Below, piece after piece: positions 1 to 11,841 of a DNA stretch of 64,000 bases. Made by a program: the position numbers and the translations under genes. Numbering within the stretch: the first letter of the stretch is position 1; each line of letters starts with the position of its first letter. The notes beneath the pieces were generated by a model. It was not told the DNA's origin. It was given only the letters and a program-made list of their open reading frames with translations, and did not search any database. This DNA is from Mobula hypostoma (taxonomy: Eukaryota), in contig NC_086101.1 of the NCBI RefSeq assembly GCF_963921235.1, forward strand, positions 2,358,001 through 2,422,000, given 5' to 3'.

Positions 1-770
1 ATGAGAGAGGAGCTTGACCAGGTGGATTGGAGGAGGATACTGGCAGGGATGAAGGCAGAGCAGAGATGGCTGAAGTTTCTGGGAATAGTTCACCAGGTGC
101 AGGACAGATAAGACAGCTGGACCGGATGGACTACATCCCAGAGTCCTGCGGGAGTTGCTGAAGAGATAGCAGGTGAATTGGTCATGATCTTTCAAGAATC
201 ACTTGATTCTGGTGTTGTCCCAGAGTACCGGAAGATTGCAAGTGACACTCCACTCTTTAAGAAGGGAAGAAGACAAAAGTCAGAGGATGGTAAATCTGTG
301 GAGTTTGTTGCCACGAGCGGCTGTGGAGGCCAAGTCATTGGGTGCATTTAAGGCAGAGATAGATAGGTTCTTGATTAGCCAGGGCATCAAAGGGTATGGG
401 AAGAAGGCAGGGGAGTGGGAATGACTGGAAGAATTGGATCAGCCCATGATTGAATGGTGGAGCAGACTCGATGGGCCAAGTGGCCTACTCCTGTTTCTAA
501 ATCATAAGGCAATTTTAGGCAAGTTAGACTCACCTCTGTGGTTGGGAAAGTGTTGGAGTCTATTATTTAGGACAAGGTTTTGGGGTACTTAGAGACTAAT
601 GATAAAATAAATCAAAGTCAGCATGGATTCTGTCAAGGGAAATCTTCCCTGGCAAATCTTCGAGGAAGTAACAAGCAGGGTGGATCAAGGAGAGGCAGTG
701 GATGTCACTTATTTGGATTTTCAGAAGGCATTTGATAATGTGTCACACATGAGGTTGCTTAACAAGGTTT
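1..770 (+). mobile_element. CR1-clade LINE ORF2 fragments (start of reverse transcriptase), degraded
   Basis: Translates across frameshifts to CR1-type motifs: GLHPRVL...VTLHS/PLFKKGRRQK, LTSVVGKVLESII, SQHGF and FEEVTSRVDQGEAVDVTYLDFQKAFD. Interrupted by a separate CR1 3' tail at ~281-505. Confidence 0.9.
281..505 (+). mobile_element. CR1 3'-end fragment (end of ORF2 plus 3' UTR) nested in the CR1 RT above
   Basis: MVNLWSLLPRAAVEAKSLGAFKAEIDRFL followed by the CR1 3' UTR stem-loop GATGGGCCAAGTGGCCTACTCCTG. Confidence 0.8.
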
Positions 771-1111
771 TGATCCTGGACCCATCCCACAGACCCATGT
801 TCAATACCAGAACCCCTACCCCCTCCCAGAGATCCGGGTGCAAACCAGAGCTGTCTGTGCAGAGTTTGCACATTCCCCTTATAATCTGTCTGCTCGTTTC
901 CTCCTCCTTATCAGATGTAGCACGTGGGGGTTTTAAAGACCAACATAAATCCCCCCTCCCCCCGATGTGGGAGTCAGGTAGAATCAAGGTCATGGAATGT
1001 GGGTGCTGTAGAAGGGGGTCACTCTGGTACTTAGTGAGAGGCAAGATCAGTGAGGGGACAGATTCGTCAAAGGGGGGCAGTGACAGCGAATGTTAGGGAG
1101 GAGGACTGGTA

Positions 1112-1458
1112 GAGAGGGGGAGGGGTGACGGAGAGGGGAGGGGTGATGGAGAGGGGAATGGCTGACGGAGAGGGGGAGGGGTGACGGAGAGGGGGAGGGG
1201 TGACGGAGAGGGGGAGGGGTGACGGAGAGGGGAGGGGTGACGGAGAGGGGGAGGGGTGACGGAGAGGGGAATGGGTGACGGAGAGGGGGAGGGGTGACGG
1301 AGAGGGGAATGGGTGACGGAGAGGGGAGGGGTGACGGAAAGGGGGAGGGGTGACGGAGAGGGGAATGGGTGACAGAGTGGGGGAGGGGTGACAGAGAGGG
1401 GGAGGAGTGACAGAGAGGTTGGGAGGGCTGACGGATGGGGGGAGCGGTGATGGAGAGG
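1112..1458. repeat. G-rich minisatellite, ~18-19 bp unit GGGTGACGGAGAGGGG(G)A
   Basis: About 18 tandem copies are directly visible. Confidence 0.95.
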
Positions 1459-1760
1459 GGCCTGTCTCTCTCTCACACACACATCACTGACACGCCACTG
1501 ACAGGAGTCGATCCTCTGCTCTCGGAAGGCTATCTGTTCACTCAGTGACTCGATCTGGTCCATTTGTTGCAGATGGGAGATGAGATTCCAGGTGTTTTCT
1601 GGGCTTGTCAGGTCATCCAAGTGTGTCCGATTGGAGACGGGAACCAAGAGGTGCGAAAGTGCGAAAGTGTGCCAAGAGCCCACACCATCTTATCCAAGCA
1701 ACACACATCAAAGTTGCTGGTGAACGCAGCAGGCCAGGCAGCATCTATAGGAAGAGGCGC

Positions 1761-1796
1761 AGTCGACGTTTCAGGCTGAGACCCTTCGTCAGGACT
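1761..1796 (-). ncRNA. Minimal type I hammerhead ribozyme in Penelope 3' UTR
   Basis: Minus strand reads AGTC-CTGACGA-AGG GTCTCAG CCT-GAAA-CGTC-GACT: stem I AGTC/GACT, CUGANGA and GAAA cores, stem II AGG/CCT, palindromic ACGT stem III and a GUC cleavage triplet. Confidence 0.85.
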
Positions 1797-2088
1797 AACT
1801 GAAGGAAGAGTGAGTAAGGGATTTGAAAGCTGGAGGGGGAGGGGGAGATGCAAAATGATAGGAGAAGACAGGAGGGGGAGGGATGGAGCCGAGAGCTGGA
1901 CAGGTGATAGGCAAAAGGGGATACGAGAGGATCATGGGACAGGAGGTCCGGGAAGAAAGACGGGGGGGGGGACCCAGAGGATGGGCAAGAGGTATATTCA
2001 GAGGGACAGAGGGAGAAAAAGGAGAGTGAGAGAAAGAATGTGTGCATAAAAATGAGTAACAGATGGGGTACGAGGGGGAGGTGGGGAC

Positions 2089-2628
2089 CTAGCGGAAGTT
2101 AGAGAAGTTAATGTTCACGCCATCAGGTTGGAGGCTACCCAGACGGAATATAAGGTGTTGTTCCTCCAACCTGAGTGTGGCTTCATCTTTACAGTAGAGG
2201 AGGCCGTGGACAGACATGTCAGAATGGGAATGGGATGTGGAATTAAAATGTGTGGCCACTGGGAGATCCTGCTTTCTCTGGCGGACAGAGCGTAGATGCT
2301 CAGCAAAGCGGTCTCCCAGTCTGCGTCGGGTCTCACCAATATATAAAAGGCCACATTGGGAGCACCGGACGCAGTATATCACCCCAGTCGACTCACAGGT
2401 GAAGTGATGCCTCACCTGGAAGGACTGTTTGGGGCCCTGAATGGTGGTAAGGGAGGAAGTGTAAGGGCATGTGTAGCACTTGTTCCGCTTACACGGATAA
2501 GTGCCAGGAGGGAGATCAGTGGGGAGGGATGGGGGGGACAAATGGACAAGGGAGTTGTGTAGGGAGCGATCCCTGCGGAATGCAGAGAGAGGGGGGGAGG
2601 GAAAGATGTGCTTAGTGGTGGGATCCCG
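2089..2628 (-). CDS. C-terminal part of Penelope-like element ORF: Cys-rich linker plus GIY-YIG endonuclease (partial, no start codon)
   Basis: VIY...YIG motifs with internal CxxC and conserved R, E, H and N residues; no stops or frameshifts in this segment. Confidence 0.85.
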   Translation of the reverse strand, partial: RDPTTKHIFPSPPLSAFRRDRSLHNSLVHLSPPSLPTDLPPGTYPCKRNKCYTCPYTSSLTTIQGPKQSFQVRHHFTCESTGVIYCVRCSQCGLLYIGETRRRLGDRFAEHLRSVRQRKQDLPVATHFNSTSHSHSDMSVHGLLYCKDEATLRLEEQHLIFRLGSLQPDGVNINFSNFR

Positions 2629-2648
2629 TTATCCAAGGGTCAGTTTTG

Positions 2649-3268
2649 GAGCTCCGCACTGGGACAGGGAGCAGTGGATTCATTCTGAGGGGCTCCCCAG
2701 TAGGGATCAGGTAAGTGGATTATTCACGTGGAGATCCAGGCGGGTGACCCCATCCTGTGGAGCTCCGCACTGGGACAGGGAGAGATAGCTCCATCCCTGG
2801 AGGTCTACACTGGTGACAGGGAATGAGAGCCAATTCCTGAAGCTCCACACTGGGGACAGGGAGGAACAGAACAGAACAATGGGGTCAGAGCTCTACACTG
2901 GGGACAGACAGGAACAGAGCTATGGGGGGACAGAGCTCCGCACTGGGGACAGGGAGAAATGGAGCCATGGGGGGACAGAGCTCCGCACTGGGGACAGGGA
3001 GGAACAGAGCCATGGGGGGGACAGAGCTCCGCACTGGGGACAGACAGGAACGGAGCCATGGGGGGACAGAGCTCCGCACTGGGGACAGGGAGGAATGGAG
3101 CCAATGGGAGACGGAGCTCCACACTGGGGACAGACAGGAACGGAGCCATGGGGGGGACAGAGCTCTACACTGGGGACAGGGAGGAACAGAACAATGGGGG
3201 CAGAGCTCCGCACTGGGGAGAGACAGGAACGGAGCCATGGGGCATCAGAGCTCCGCACTGGGGACAGA
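2649..3268. repeat. Minisatellite, ~39-41 bp unit GAGCTCCGCACTGGGGACAG...GGAACGGAGCCATGGGGGGACA
   Basis: About 11 regular copies at 2840-3268, plus degenerate copies at ~2649 and ~2760. Confidence 0.92.
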
Positions 3269-3610
3269 GGAAGAGAAGGAACTATCCTCTGGAGGTCTAC
3301 ATTCAAGACTGAAAGAGAGCTGTACCCACCCTCTGTAGCTCTGCACAGAGGAACAGGACCCTGACTCTGAATCTTCACGTCGGTGTGAAGGCTCAGGTTC
3401 AGAACTCGTCCCAGCTGCAGCACCTTCCCAACACCCTGTTGCCCTGTCTCACCCCACCTCGGTCCCTACACCCCACAGCTGAGGAAGCGCCTGTCCCATC
3501 TCGAGCTCCGCCACCCCTATCCGAGTCTCCAGTTTCACTCCGGAAGGAAGCAGAGGACATTTCCCCAAACCTGGTCATCGGGAGGCAGACGTGTCCAGGG
3601 GTGGACTCAC

Positions 3611-3757
3611 CGACAGCAGCCCTTTCGGTACACAGGCCCCTCCCTGCTCCACACGGGGGCTGTCGGGTGGGGCAAAGCCTGGGTCCAGCCCCAGAGTACC
3701 CACCTCCTCCAACACCTCCGGCCTCCGATTCCTTCCCTCATCTGTATCTGTCCCATC
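3611..3757 (-). other. Candidate 147-nt exon of an unidentified gene or transcript
   Basis: Unique sequence bounded by acceptor CTCTCCTCGCAG| and donor |GTGAGT. Length is divisible by 3 and two frames are open (DGTDTDEGRNRRPEVLEE...KGLLS or MGQIQMREG...YRKGCC). No homology recognised. Confidence 0.3.
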
Positions 3758-3779
3758 CTGCGAGGAGAGCTTGAAGGAA

Positions 3780-4010
3780 AGATTGGCTTTATTTGTCACA
3801 GGTACTCCGAAACGTACAGTAAAATGTGTGGTTTGCGTTAATGACCAACACGGGGAATAAGTGCTGGGGCAGCCCGCAAGCGTTTCTGACAACGACTAAC
3901 CGAACTGCTACGTCTTTGGACTGTGGGAGGAAACTGGAGCACCCGGAGGAAACTTCCATGGTCACTGGGAGAACGTACAGATACCGTACGGACATCGGCA
4001 GGAACCGAAC
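3780..4010 (-). mobile_element. V-SINE/HE1-like SINE fragment
   Basis: Contains CTTTGGACTGTGGGAGGAAACTGGAGCACCCGGAGGAAAC...GGGAGAACGTACA, the reverse complement of the V-SINE central domain. Confidence 0.75.
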
Positions 4011-4168
4011 CCGGATCCTACAGGAGTGTACTGTAAACTGTTAGACTCTCAGGAACCGAACCCGGATCTCACAGGGGTGTACTGTAAACTGTTAGAGTCT
4101 CAGCCTGGGGGAACGTACAGATTCTGTACGGACATCGGCAGGAACCAAACCCGGAACTGACTGTAAAA
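3999..4168. repeat. Short local duplications (~51 bp AGGAACCGAACCCGGATC...CTGTAAACTGTTAGA) of the SINE end
   Basis: Two to three imperfect direct copies; AACGTACAGAT...GGACATCGGCAGGAACC occurs at both ~3971 and ~4112. Confidence 0.7.
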
Positions 4169-4305
4169 TCTCATGCGGTGGCCAAGAGGCGGATCGAGAG
4201 GATAATTAAATGCAGAGGGTTGCAGGATGGGAAGGAGTCCCGGCCTCAGTTCCCTCGCGTCCCACAGTACCCAGACCCTCTCCCCTCTCCCCATCACCCT
4301 GCCAA

Positions 4306-6545
4306 GGGAGGGAGAGGAGGTGGAATGAGGGTGGAGGGATGGGGAGGGAGAAGGTAGGGAGGCGAGGGGGAGGGATGGGGAGGAAGAGGTGGAGAGTACG
4401 AGGGGGTGGAATGAGGGTGGAGGGATGGGGAAGGAGAAGGTGGAGAGTATGAGGGGGTGGAATGAGGGTGGAGGGAGAAGGTGAAGAGGACGAGGGGGTG
4501 GAATGAGGGTGGAGGGATGGGGAGGGAGAAGGTGGAGAGTATGAGGGTGGAGGGATGGGGAGGGAGAAGGTGGAGAGTACAAGGGGGTGGAATGAGGGTG
4601 GAGGGATGGGGAGGGAGAAGATGGAGAGCACAAGGGGGTGGAATGAGGGTGGAGGGATGGGGAGGGAGAAGGTGGAGAGTATGAGGGTGGAGGGATGGGG
4701 AGGGAGAAGGTGGAGAGTACAAGGGGGTGGAATGAGGGTGGAGGGATGGGGAGGGAGAAGGTGGAGAGGACGAGGGGGTGGAATGAGGGTGGAGGGATGG
4801 GGAGGGAGAAGGTGGAGAGTATGAGGGTGGAGGGATGGGGAGGGAGAAGGTGGAGAGTATGAGGGTGGAGGGATGGGGAGGGAGAAGGTGGAGAGGACGA
4901 GGGGGAGGAATGAGGGTGGAGGGATGAGGAGGGAGAAGGTGGAGAGTACGAGGGAGTGGAATGAGGGTAGAGGGATGGGGAGGGAGAAGGTGGAGAGTAT
5001 GAGGGTGGAGGGATGGGGAGGGAGAAAGTGGAGAGTATGAGGGTGGAGGGGTGGGGAGGGAGAAGGTGGAGAATACGAGTGGGTGGAATGAGGGTGGAGG
5101 GGTGCGATGAGGGTGGAGGGGTGGAATGAGGGTGGAGGGGTGGGGAGGGAGAAGGTGGAGAATACGAGTGGGTGGGATGAGGGTGGAGGGGTGGGGAGGG
5201 AGAAGGTGGAGAATACGAGTGGGTGGGATGAGGGTGGAGGGGTGGAATGAGTGTGGAGGGGTGGGGAGGGAGAAGGTGGAGAATACGAGTAGGTGGGATG
5301 AGGGTGGAGGGGTGGGGAGGGAGAAGGTGGAGAATACGAGTAGGTGGGATGAGGGTGGAGGGGTGGGGAGGGAGAAGGTGGAGAATACGAGTGGGTGGGA
5401 TGAGGGTGGAGGGGTGGGGAGGGAGAAGGTGGAGAATACGAGTGGGTGGGATGAGGGTGGAGGGGTGGGGAGGGAGAAGGTGGAGAATACGAGTGGGTGG
5501 GATGAGGGTGGAGGGGTGGGGAGGGAGAAGGTGGAGAATACGAGTAGGTGGGATGAGGGTGGAGGGGTGGGGAGGGAGGAAGGTGGAGAATACGAGTGGG
5601 TGGGATGAGGGTGGAGGGGTGGAGAGGGAGAAGGTGGAGAATACGAGTGGGTGGGATGAGGGTGGAGGGGTGGAGAGGGAGAAGGTGGAGAATACGAGTG
5701 GGTGGGATGAGGGTGGGGGGGGGGGGAGGGAGAAGGTGGAGAATACGAGTGGGTGGGATGAGGGTGGAGGGGTGGGGAGGGAGAAGGTGGAGAATACGAG
5801 TGGGTGGGATGAGGGTGGAGGGGTGGAGAGGGAGAAGGTGGAGAATACGAGTGGGTGGGATGAGGGTGGAGGGGTGGGGAGGGAGAAGGTGGAGAATACG
5901 AGTGGGTGGGATGAGGGTGGAGGGGTGGGGAGGGAGAAGGTGGAGAATACGAGTGGGTGGGATGAGGGTGGAGGGGTGGGGAGGGAGAAGGTGGAGAATA
6001 CGAGTGGGTGGGATGAGGGTGGAGGGGTGGGGAGGGAGAAGGTGGAGAATACGAGTGGGTGGGATGAGGGTGGAGGGGTGGGGAGGGAGAAGGTGGAGAA
6101 TACGAGTAGGTGGGATGAGGGTGGAGGGGTGGGATGAGGGTGGAGGGGTGGGATGAGGGTGGAGGGGTGGGGAGGGAGAAGGTGGAGAATACGAGTAGGT
6201 GGGATGAGGGTGGAGGGGTGGGATGAGGGTGGAGGGGTGGGGAGGGAGAAGGTGGAGAATACGAGTAGGTGGGATGAGGGTGGAGGGGTGGGGAGGGAGA
6301 AGGTGGAGAATACGAGTAGGTGGGATGAGGGTGGAGGGGTGGGGAGGGAGAAGGTGGAGAATACGAGTGGGTGGGATGAGGGTGGAGGGGTGGAGAGGGA
6401 GAAGGTGGAGAATACGAGTAGGTGGGATGAGGGTGGAGGGGTGGGGAGGGAGAAGGTGGAGAATACGAGTAGGTGGGATGAGGGTGGAGGGGTGTGATGA
6501 GGGTGGAGGGATGGAATGAGGTCGGAGGTGGAGAGGGGAAGAGAG
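4306..6545. repeat. Purine-rich minisatellite, 51-bp unit GAGGGTGGAGGGGTGGGGAGGGAGAAGGTGGAGAATACGAGTGGGTGGGAT, with 38/50-bp variants in the left part
   Basis: Tandem copies directly visible; they explain the 783-837 aa Pro/Ser/His-rich ORFs on the minus strand. Confidence 0.95.
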
Positions 6546-6895
6546 GAATCTCCACACCAGAGGAGTTGCAGTGCATCATCATTCCCGGTACGTGGATCCT
6601 GGTCATGACACAACTGGGAATAACAACGGACAGAGACGGACTGATCCGAATCCAGTTCGAAGGAAAATCCGCCAGGAGTCCCTCAGAGCTGCAGAGCCAA
6701 GATGAACCGCAGGCCGTTCGGCCCACCAGGCACAGTCTGTACGGGGAGGAACGAGGCAGATCAGTGAAGCCTTTCTGGCTGACCTACTGAGCAGTCCCAC
6801 TGTCTGGTGAAAAACGTCAACTGTCCTGACACCCATGGGTGCAGCCTTCCAGGTGGGTGAACCCACCAGCACCCAGATCTCACACACACACACAC

Positions 6896-7186
6896 GGGGG
6901 AGGGGGTAAAGAGTGAGGGGGGAAGGGTTCGAGGGAGAGGGGGAGGGAAGAGGAGAGGGAGGAAGGAGAGGAGGGAGAGGGGAGATGGGAGGAGGGGGAG
7001 GGAGAGGGAGAGATAGGGGAGAGGGAGGGATGGATGAGGAGGGGGCAATACGGAAGGAGGGGTGGTGTGGGAGGGAAGAGGAGGTGTGAGTAGGGTGAGA
7101 GGGTGAATAGGGGAGGATGGGTGAGGAGGGGAGGAGGTAGAGGGTGGACAGAAAGGATGAGGGGGAGATAGGGAGGAAGGAGAGAG
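6896..7186. repeat. GA-rich low-complexity tract, preceded by (CA)n at ~6880-6895
   Basis: Almost exclusively purines on the + strand. Confidence 0.85.
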
Positions 7187-7284
7187 ATCGCTGGGTACGT
7201 CTACCCATCACTCCCTCCGGCTCTTTTTCTACTTCCTTCCTACAACCATCCTCAACTCAGCCCCTCATTGCCCTCTGTCCCTTA

Positions 7285-10200
7285 TACACACGAAGTTATT
7301 CTACTACCGTAGTCTGAATTATAACCTTTTCTAAATATCTCTATCAAACATGTACTTGCCTTGGTTACATTTTTAACCATCCTATTAACATAACTGTCGC
7401 ATCTGTAAATATCGATAGAAGTCTTGTTTTTCTGATAAGTGTTTCTCTTTGGGCATTTCAAAACTGAACAGTGTTCCTTCTTTCATTATATTGCAAATAG
7501 CTGTTATTCCTTTAGCTGTCCAGTCCTCAAATCTAGCATCCAGTTTATTCAGCGTAAAATCTGAGTCATAGGCACACCATTTAAGAATTACAATGTCTCT
7601 CTCTAGTTTATATTTTATAATAGTTTTCCATATTTTAAGAGACCGTTTCACCCATGGGTTATCAATAATATTTATGTAACTTTGTAGGTTGTTATCAGTC
7701 AAAATTGCCTGTATGGGGATGGAAAGTATCCCCCCCCCAATATTTCTCCATTGAGTGTCATATGATGGGTTGCACCAGCATATCACAGCTCTCAACTGTG
7801 CTGCAAAATAATAATCTCGAAGAGAAGGTAGGCCCCATCCCCCCTTTTCCTTGGCTAATTGCTAAGTTTTGAGACGAACTCTAGGCCTTTTACCTTGCCG
7901 TATATACCTTGATAGCATCTTGTTCCATTCATTGAATTGATTTTGGTTAATCTCTATTGGTCGGGTCTGAAAGAGATATAGTAGTCTGGGCAGTATATTC
8001 ATTTTAATAGATTCAATCCTTGAACTGAGACCAAGAAAAGGAATTAGTTTCCATCTTGTTATATCTTCCTTAATTTTTTTATATATAGGCAGATAATTGC
8101 ATTCTGATAATTTTGCCAAATCTTTTGGCATAATGATGCCCAAATATGTGACGGACTCTGTTTGCCATGCCCAAGTATATCTACTTTCAATTTCTCTTGA
8201 TGGGCTATAGTTATATGAAAGTAGTTGGGTTTTTATCTCTGTTGATCTTGTATTCTGATAATTGGCCATATTGTTCAAAGGATTGCATCAATTTTGGTAA
8301 AGAGTATGTTGGTTGCCCGAGATAGATCAAAATGTCATCGGCGTAACAGGCCAATTTATGCTCTGTCTCTTTAATAGTAATTCCCCTGATATCTTCATTT
8401 TGTCTGATGTATTGAGCTAGTGGTTCCAGATACAATGTGAAAAGTAGCGGTGACCATGCACAACCCTGTCTCGTGCCCCTTTCTAGGGTAAAACTATTAG
8501 ATAAATATACATTGATTTTAATCCTGGCAGTAGGATTGTCGTATAGTGCCTGTATAGTTTTAATAATTGTGTCATGTAGACCAAATCTATGTAAAACTCT
8601 GTAAAGAAAATTCCAATTAACCGAATCAAATGCCTTTTCAGCATCCACACATCACTATTGCTTGAATTTCATTTTTTTTATATGATCCATAATGTGAGGT
8701 GTCCTTCGTATATTGTCTTGTGTTTGGCGTTGTTGTATAAAACCTGTCTGATCATTATGTATCAGTGTGGGTAGAAACTCTTTTAATCGTTTGGCCATGA
8801 TGGATGTAAATATTCTACAATCCACATTAAGAACAGATATTGGTCTAAATGACCCACATTCCATTTTATCCTTGCCTTCTTTCGGTATAGCTGAGATTAT
8901 CGCCTCCTTCCAGCTGGGGGGCATTTGTGCCTTTCTTAGAGCCCAGTTCAGTGTGGGGAGTAAAACAGGAATTAACTTACTTCTAAATTCTTTATACCAC
9001 TCTGCCGTATATCTACCTGATCCTGGTGACTTGCTTAATTTAAGCCTACTAATTGCAGTTATGTCAGCAGTCATCGTTCTATTTTGTTCTTTGCTTAAAG
9101 TGGGTAACTCTAAAGAATTCAGGAAGGTGTCAGTCTGGGTTATGCTTCCCCCTGGAACTTTGGAATATAGAGTTTTGTAAAACACTTCAAAAGCTTCCTG
9201 AATTTCACTTAGCTTATTTTTTTTTTATCACTTTTGTTCTTGGATGCCTAATTCTATAAATTGTATTTTCTATCTTTTTTTTCCAGTTTCCACGCCAGTA
9301 TTTTCATAGATTTAGATCCACTTTCATAGTGACTCTGTTTCAGATACATTAATTTTTTTCTAATTTCTTGTGTAGCCAAACTATTAATTTCATTCCTAAT
9401 TTTTAAATCTCCTCTAGTGTATCCTGTGTCAAACTCAATTTGTGTTTTTTTCTAGTTCCTTCAGCTTATTTTGTAATTCCTCTAATGTTTTATTCCTTAT
9501 TTTTTTCTTATATGAAGATATCGCTATGATTTTCCCTCTTAAGACAGCCTTCAGAGTATCCCATAGAATGGGAGGTGAAACCTCTCCATTATCATTGAAT
9601 TCTAAGTTAAGACCAATTTCTTTTTTAATTTGTTCCTTAAAATAGGGATCATTGAGTAGACTTGAATTTAATTTCCAAATCGTAGTCTTTGGTTGTAGGT
9701 CAAAATCAACAGATAAATATATAGGTGCATGGTCACTTACATCTACTGTCCCAATTCCACAGGCGATTATTTTGTCTTTATCTTTTCCAAATGTTATGAA
9801 ATAGTCTATTCTTGTATATACGGAATGGAGGGGCAGAATAATGAGCGTAATCCCTACTGTCAGGGAAAAGGTCCCTCCATATATCAATTAGACCAACATC
9901 CTCAAAAAGAGTGTTAACTTTCTTATGTAAGGACTTTGTTTCATAAGTTTTTCTATTGGAAGAGTCTAACTTTGGTTGTAATTGTAAATCTCTCCCACAT
10001 ATCAAGAGACTTTCTGTTTCCGTTACCATAATATTAGTAATTTTCTGGAAGAAACTAATATCACTTCCTGGGGGTGTGTATATATTCAATAAAGTAACTG
10101 GATTTCCATCTATATTCCCCCTTACCAGAATATATCTGCCCTCCTTATCTCCCATTTCGAATACTTTTTCAAAATTTAGCTTGCTTGAGATGAGAATAGC

Positions 10201-10419
10201 AACTCCTCTCCTATGTCCTGATTTATATGAGGAGAAAAACAAATTAGTGAAGCCCATTCTCTTTAATTTTCCATGCTCATTATCACTTAATTGAATTTCC
10301 TGTAAATATACTACATGGGCTTGTTCTTTTTTCATTTTTGTTGGAATTTTACTTTGTTTGATTGGATTCAACAGTCCATTGACATTAAAAGAAATGAATT
10401 TTACTTTGTCCTTAGCCAT
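7285..10419 (-). pseudogene. L1 ORF2p (APE endonuclease plus reverse transcriptase), fragmented, C-terminus missing
   Basis: Consecutive track ORFs 9778-10419, 9435-9887, 8655-9185, 8211-8648, 7862-8278 and 7385-7795 reconstruct EN-RT in order. Confidence 0.9.
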
Positions 10420-10939
10420 GTGTATTTACCTGTTAGTGTATCCTTGTAATTTGCAGAATATAACTTAATCGATCTACTCCCTGAACAAATAAGAACCAAG
10501 AAACGCGAATAATGAAAGAAAAGGTAACGGAGGTGTGATTCCAAGGCTGGGGTCTCTAGATGACCCGGGGTTGAGCTAGAGGAAACGTCTAGCCATGGGG
10601 GAGAGCCCCTCCTACCTGTGAGTCGAGGGCCCCTGCTGCAGTACCTATAAAAGTAAGTAAAAAAAAATCTTATGTCCATTACACAGAAATGATTTCCCTG
10701 TGTATTCCTCCCATATATATATATTCTCATTTAGGTGGGAAAAAGGAGTGAATGAATGAATAAAAAAATTGAGTAATATAAAATCCACATTATAACACGT
10801 TTTTCTCGAGATAGGTATATCACCATCTATTTTTGCTTCCGTTTAGTTTATCAGCACTTTTAAAGTGAGCCAAACCTTATGGCTCTTCTGGAGGAGGTGA
10901 GGGCTGCCCTCGGAGAACTCACAGTCTCTTCCTAATATC

Positions 10940-11841
10940 CTCTCTCGTCCTGTTCCCGTCCCCTGCTTTCTCAGTTCTCTTACTATTTCCCAAACAGATC
11001 GGGACAACTGCTCAGCCAGACTTTCCCTTGGTTTGACCACGCTAATGGACAGTCCTCTGTTGTTTGTGTCTGTAGTCGCCTCCTCCACCATCTGGTACAG
11101 TCGCCTCCCTTCTTGGTAAAATACCCTCAGTTCAGCAGGGTACGGGGTTTGGAATTTAATCTTTTCTTGCTTTAATATTCGTTTCGCTTCGGAATATTCC
11201 TTCCGTTTCTGTAGGACCGCCGGGGGGTAATCATGATCGAAGTATATTAACCTCCCATTCCAAAACACCCTCTGCTTACCCCAGGCCCTTCGTAGAATCT
11301 CCGCCTTGCTCTTAAATCGAAGGAATCTGAGTACCATTGATCGCGGTTTACTTTCTCTGTCTCCGGGAGGCCTCGGGACGAGCGAATGATGCTCCCCCTC
11401 AGTTTCAATCTCCCTAGTCGGGGGAATCTCCAGTGCTTCCCGCAGCAACTTTCCTACAAACTTCATCATCGACAATCCCTCCGCTCCTTCCGAAACATTA
11501 TAAATCCTGATATTTTTCTGTCGCGATCTTCCCTCCTGGTCAGGCAATTTACTTTCCTGTTGGTTTAATATTTTTATCGTCTAACTTAGTATATGTTCCA
11601 CGTTTTACACGCGATCTCCCACCTTCTCAATTCGAGTCTCTGCCATCGCTATTTTCTGGTTGACCTTGGCCAGCTCTGACTGTATATCGTTGAGTTGCTG
11701 TTTTATATCCCTTGTCTCCTCCAGAATCCTCATCATATTTGCCGCTTGGAGCGAGGCCCCGGGTCAGCATCGCCGCCGCTCACACGTGTAGGAGAGACTC
11801 TCTTCCATCGGCTCCGCACTGATGCTTTTTTAATCTCCATT
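10940..11841 (-). pseudogene. L1 ORF1p (coiled coil, RRM, CTD), disrupted
   Basis: ORF 10843..11547 carries the L1 ORF1 RRM/CTD motifs; the upstream coiled-coil part has stops and frameshifts. Boundaries are approximate. Confidence 0.8.

Larger units (their letters stand above)
1699..2628 (-). mobile_element. Penelope-like retroelement (Neptune-type), 5'-truncated, with GIY-YIG endonuclease, 3' UTR and hammerhead
   Basis: Open frame from ~2628 to the stop at 2089: RDPTTKHIFPSPP...CKRNKCYTC...VIYCVRCSQCGLLYIGETRRRLGDRFAEH...HFN...LEEQHLIFRLGSLQPDGVN. Flanked by the direct repeat TTATCCAAG (1690-1698 and 2629-2637). Confidence 0.93.

Noticed and set aside
1625..1670. MHC-type promoter (ATTGG Y-box plus GAAAGTGCGAAAGT ISRE-like)
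   Set aside because: GAAA spacing is not canonical for an ISRE, there is no convincing X box, and no downstream gene was identified.
3385..3774. + strand Pro-rich terminal exon (acceptor at 3478)
   Set aside because: No recognisable homology, and it overlaps a better-bounded minus-strand exon candidate; cannot be supported without RNA data.
4100..6726. 783-837 aa extensin-like Pro/Ser/His ORFs
   Set aside because: All three minus frames are open because the pyrimidine-rich repeat lacks stops; frames swap at indels.
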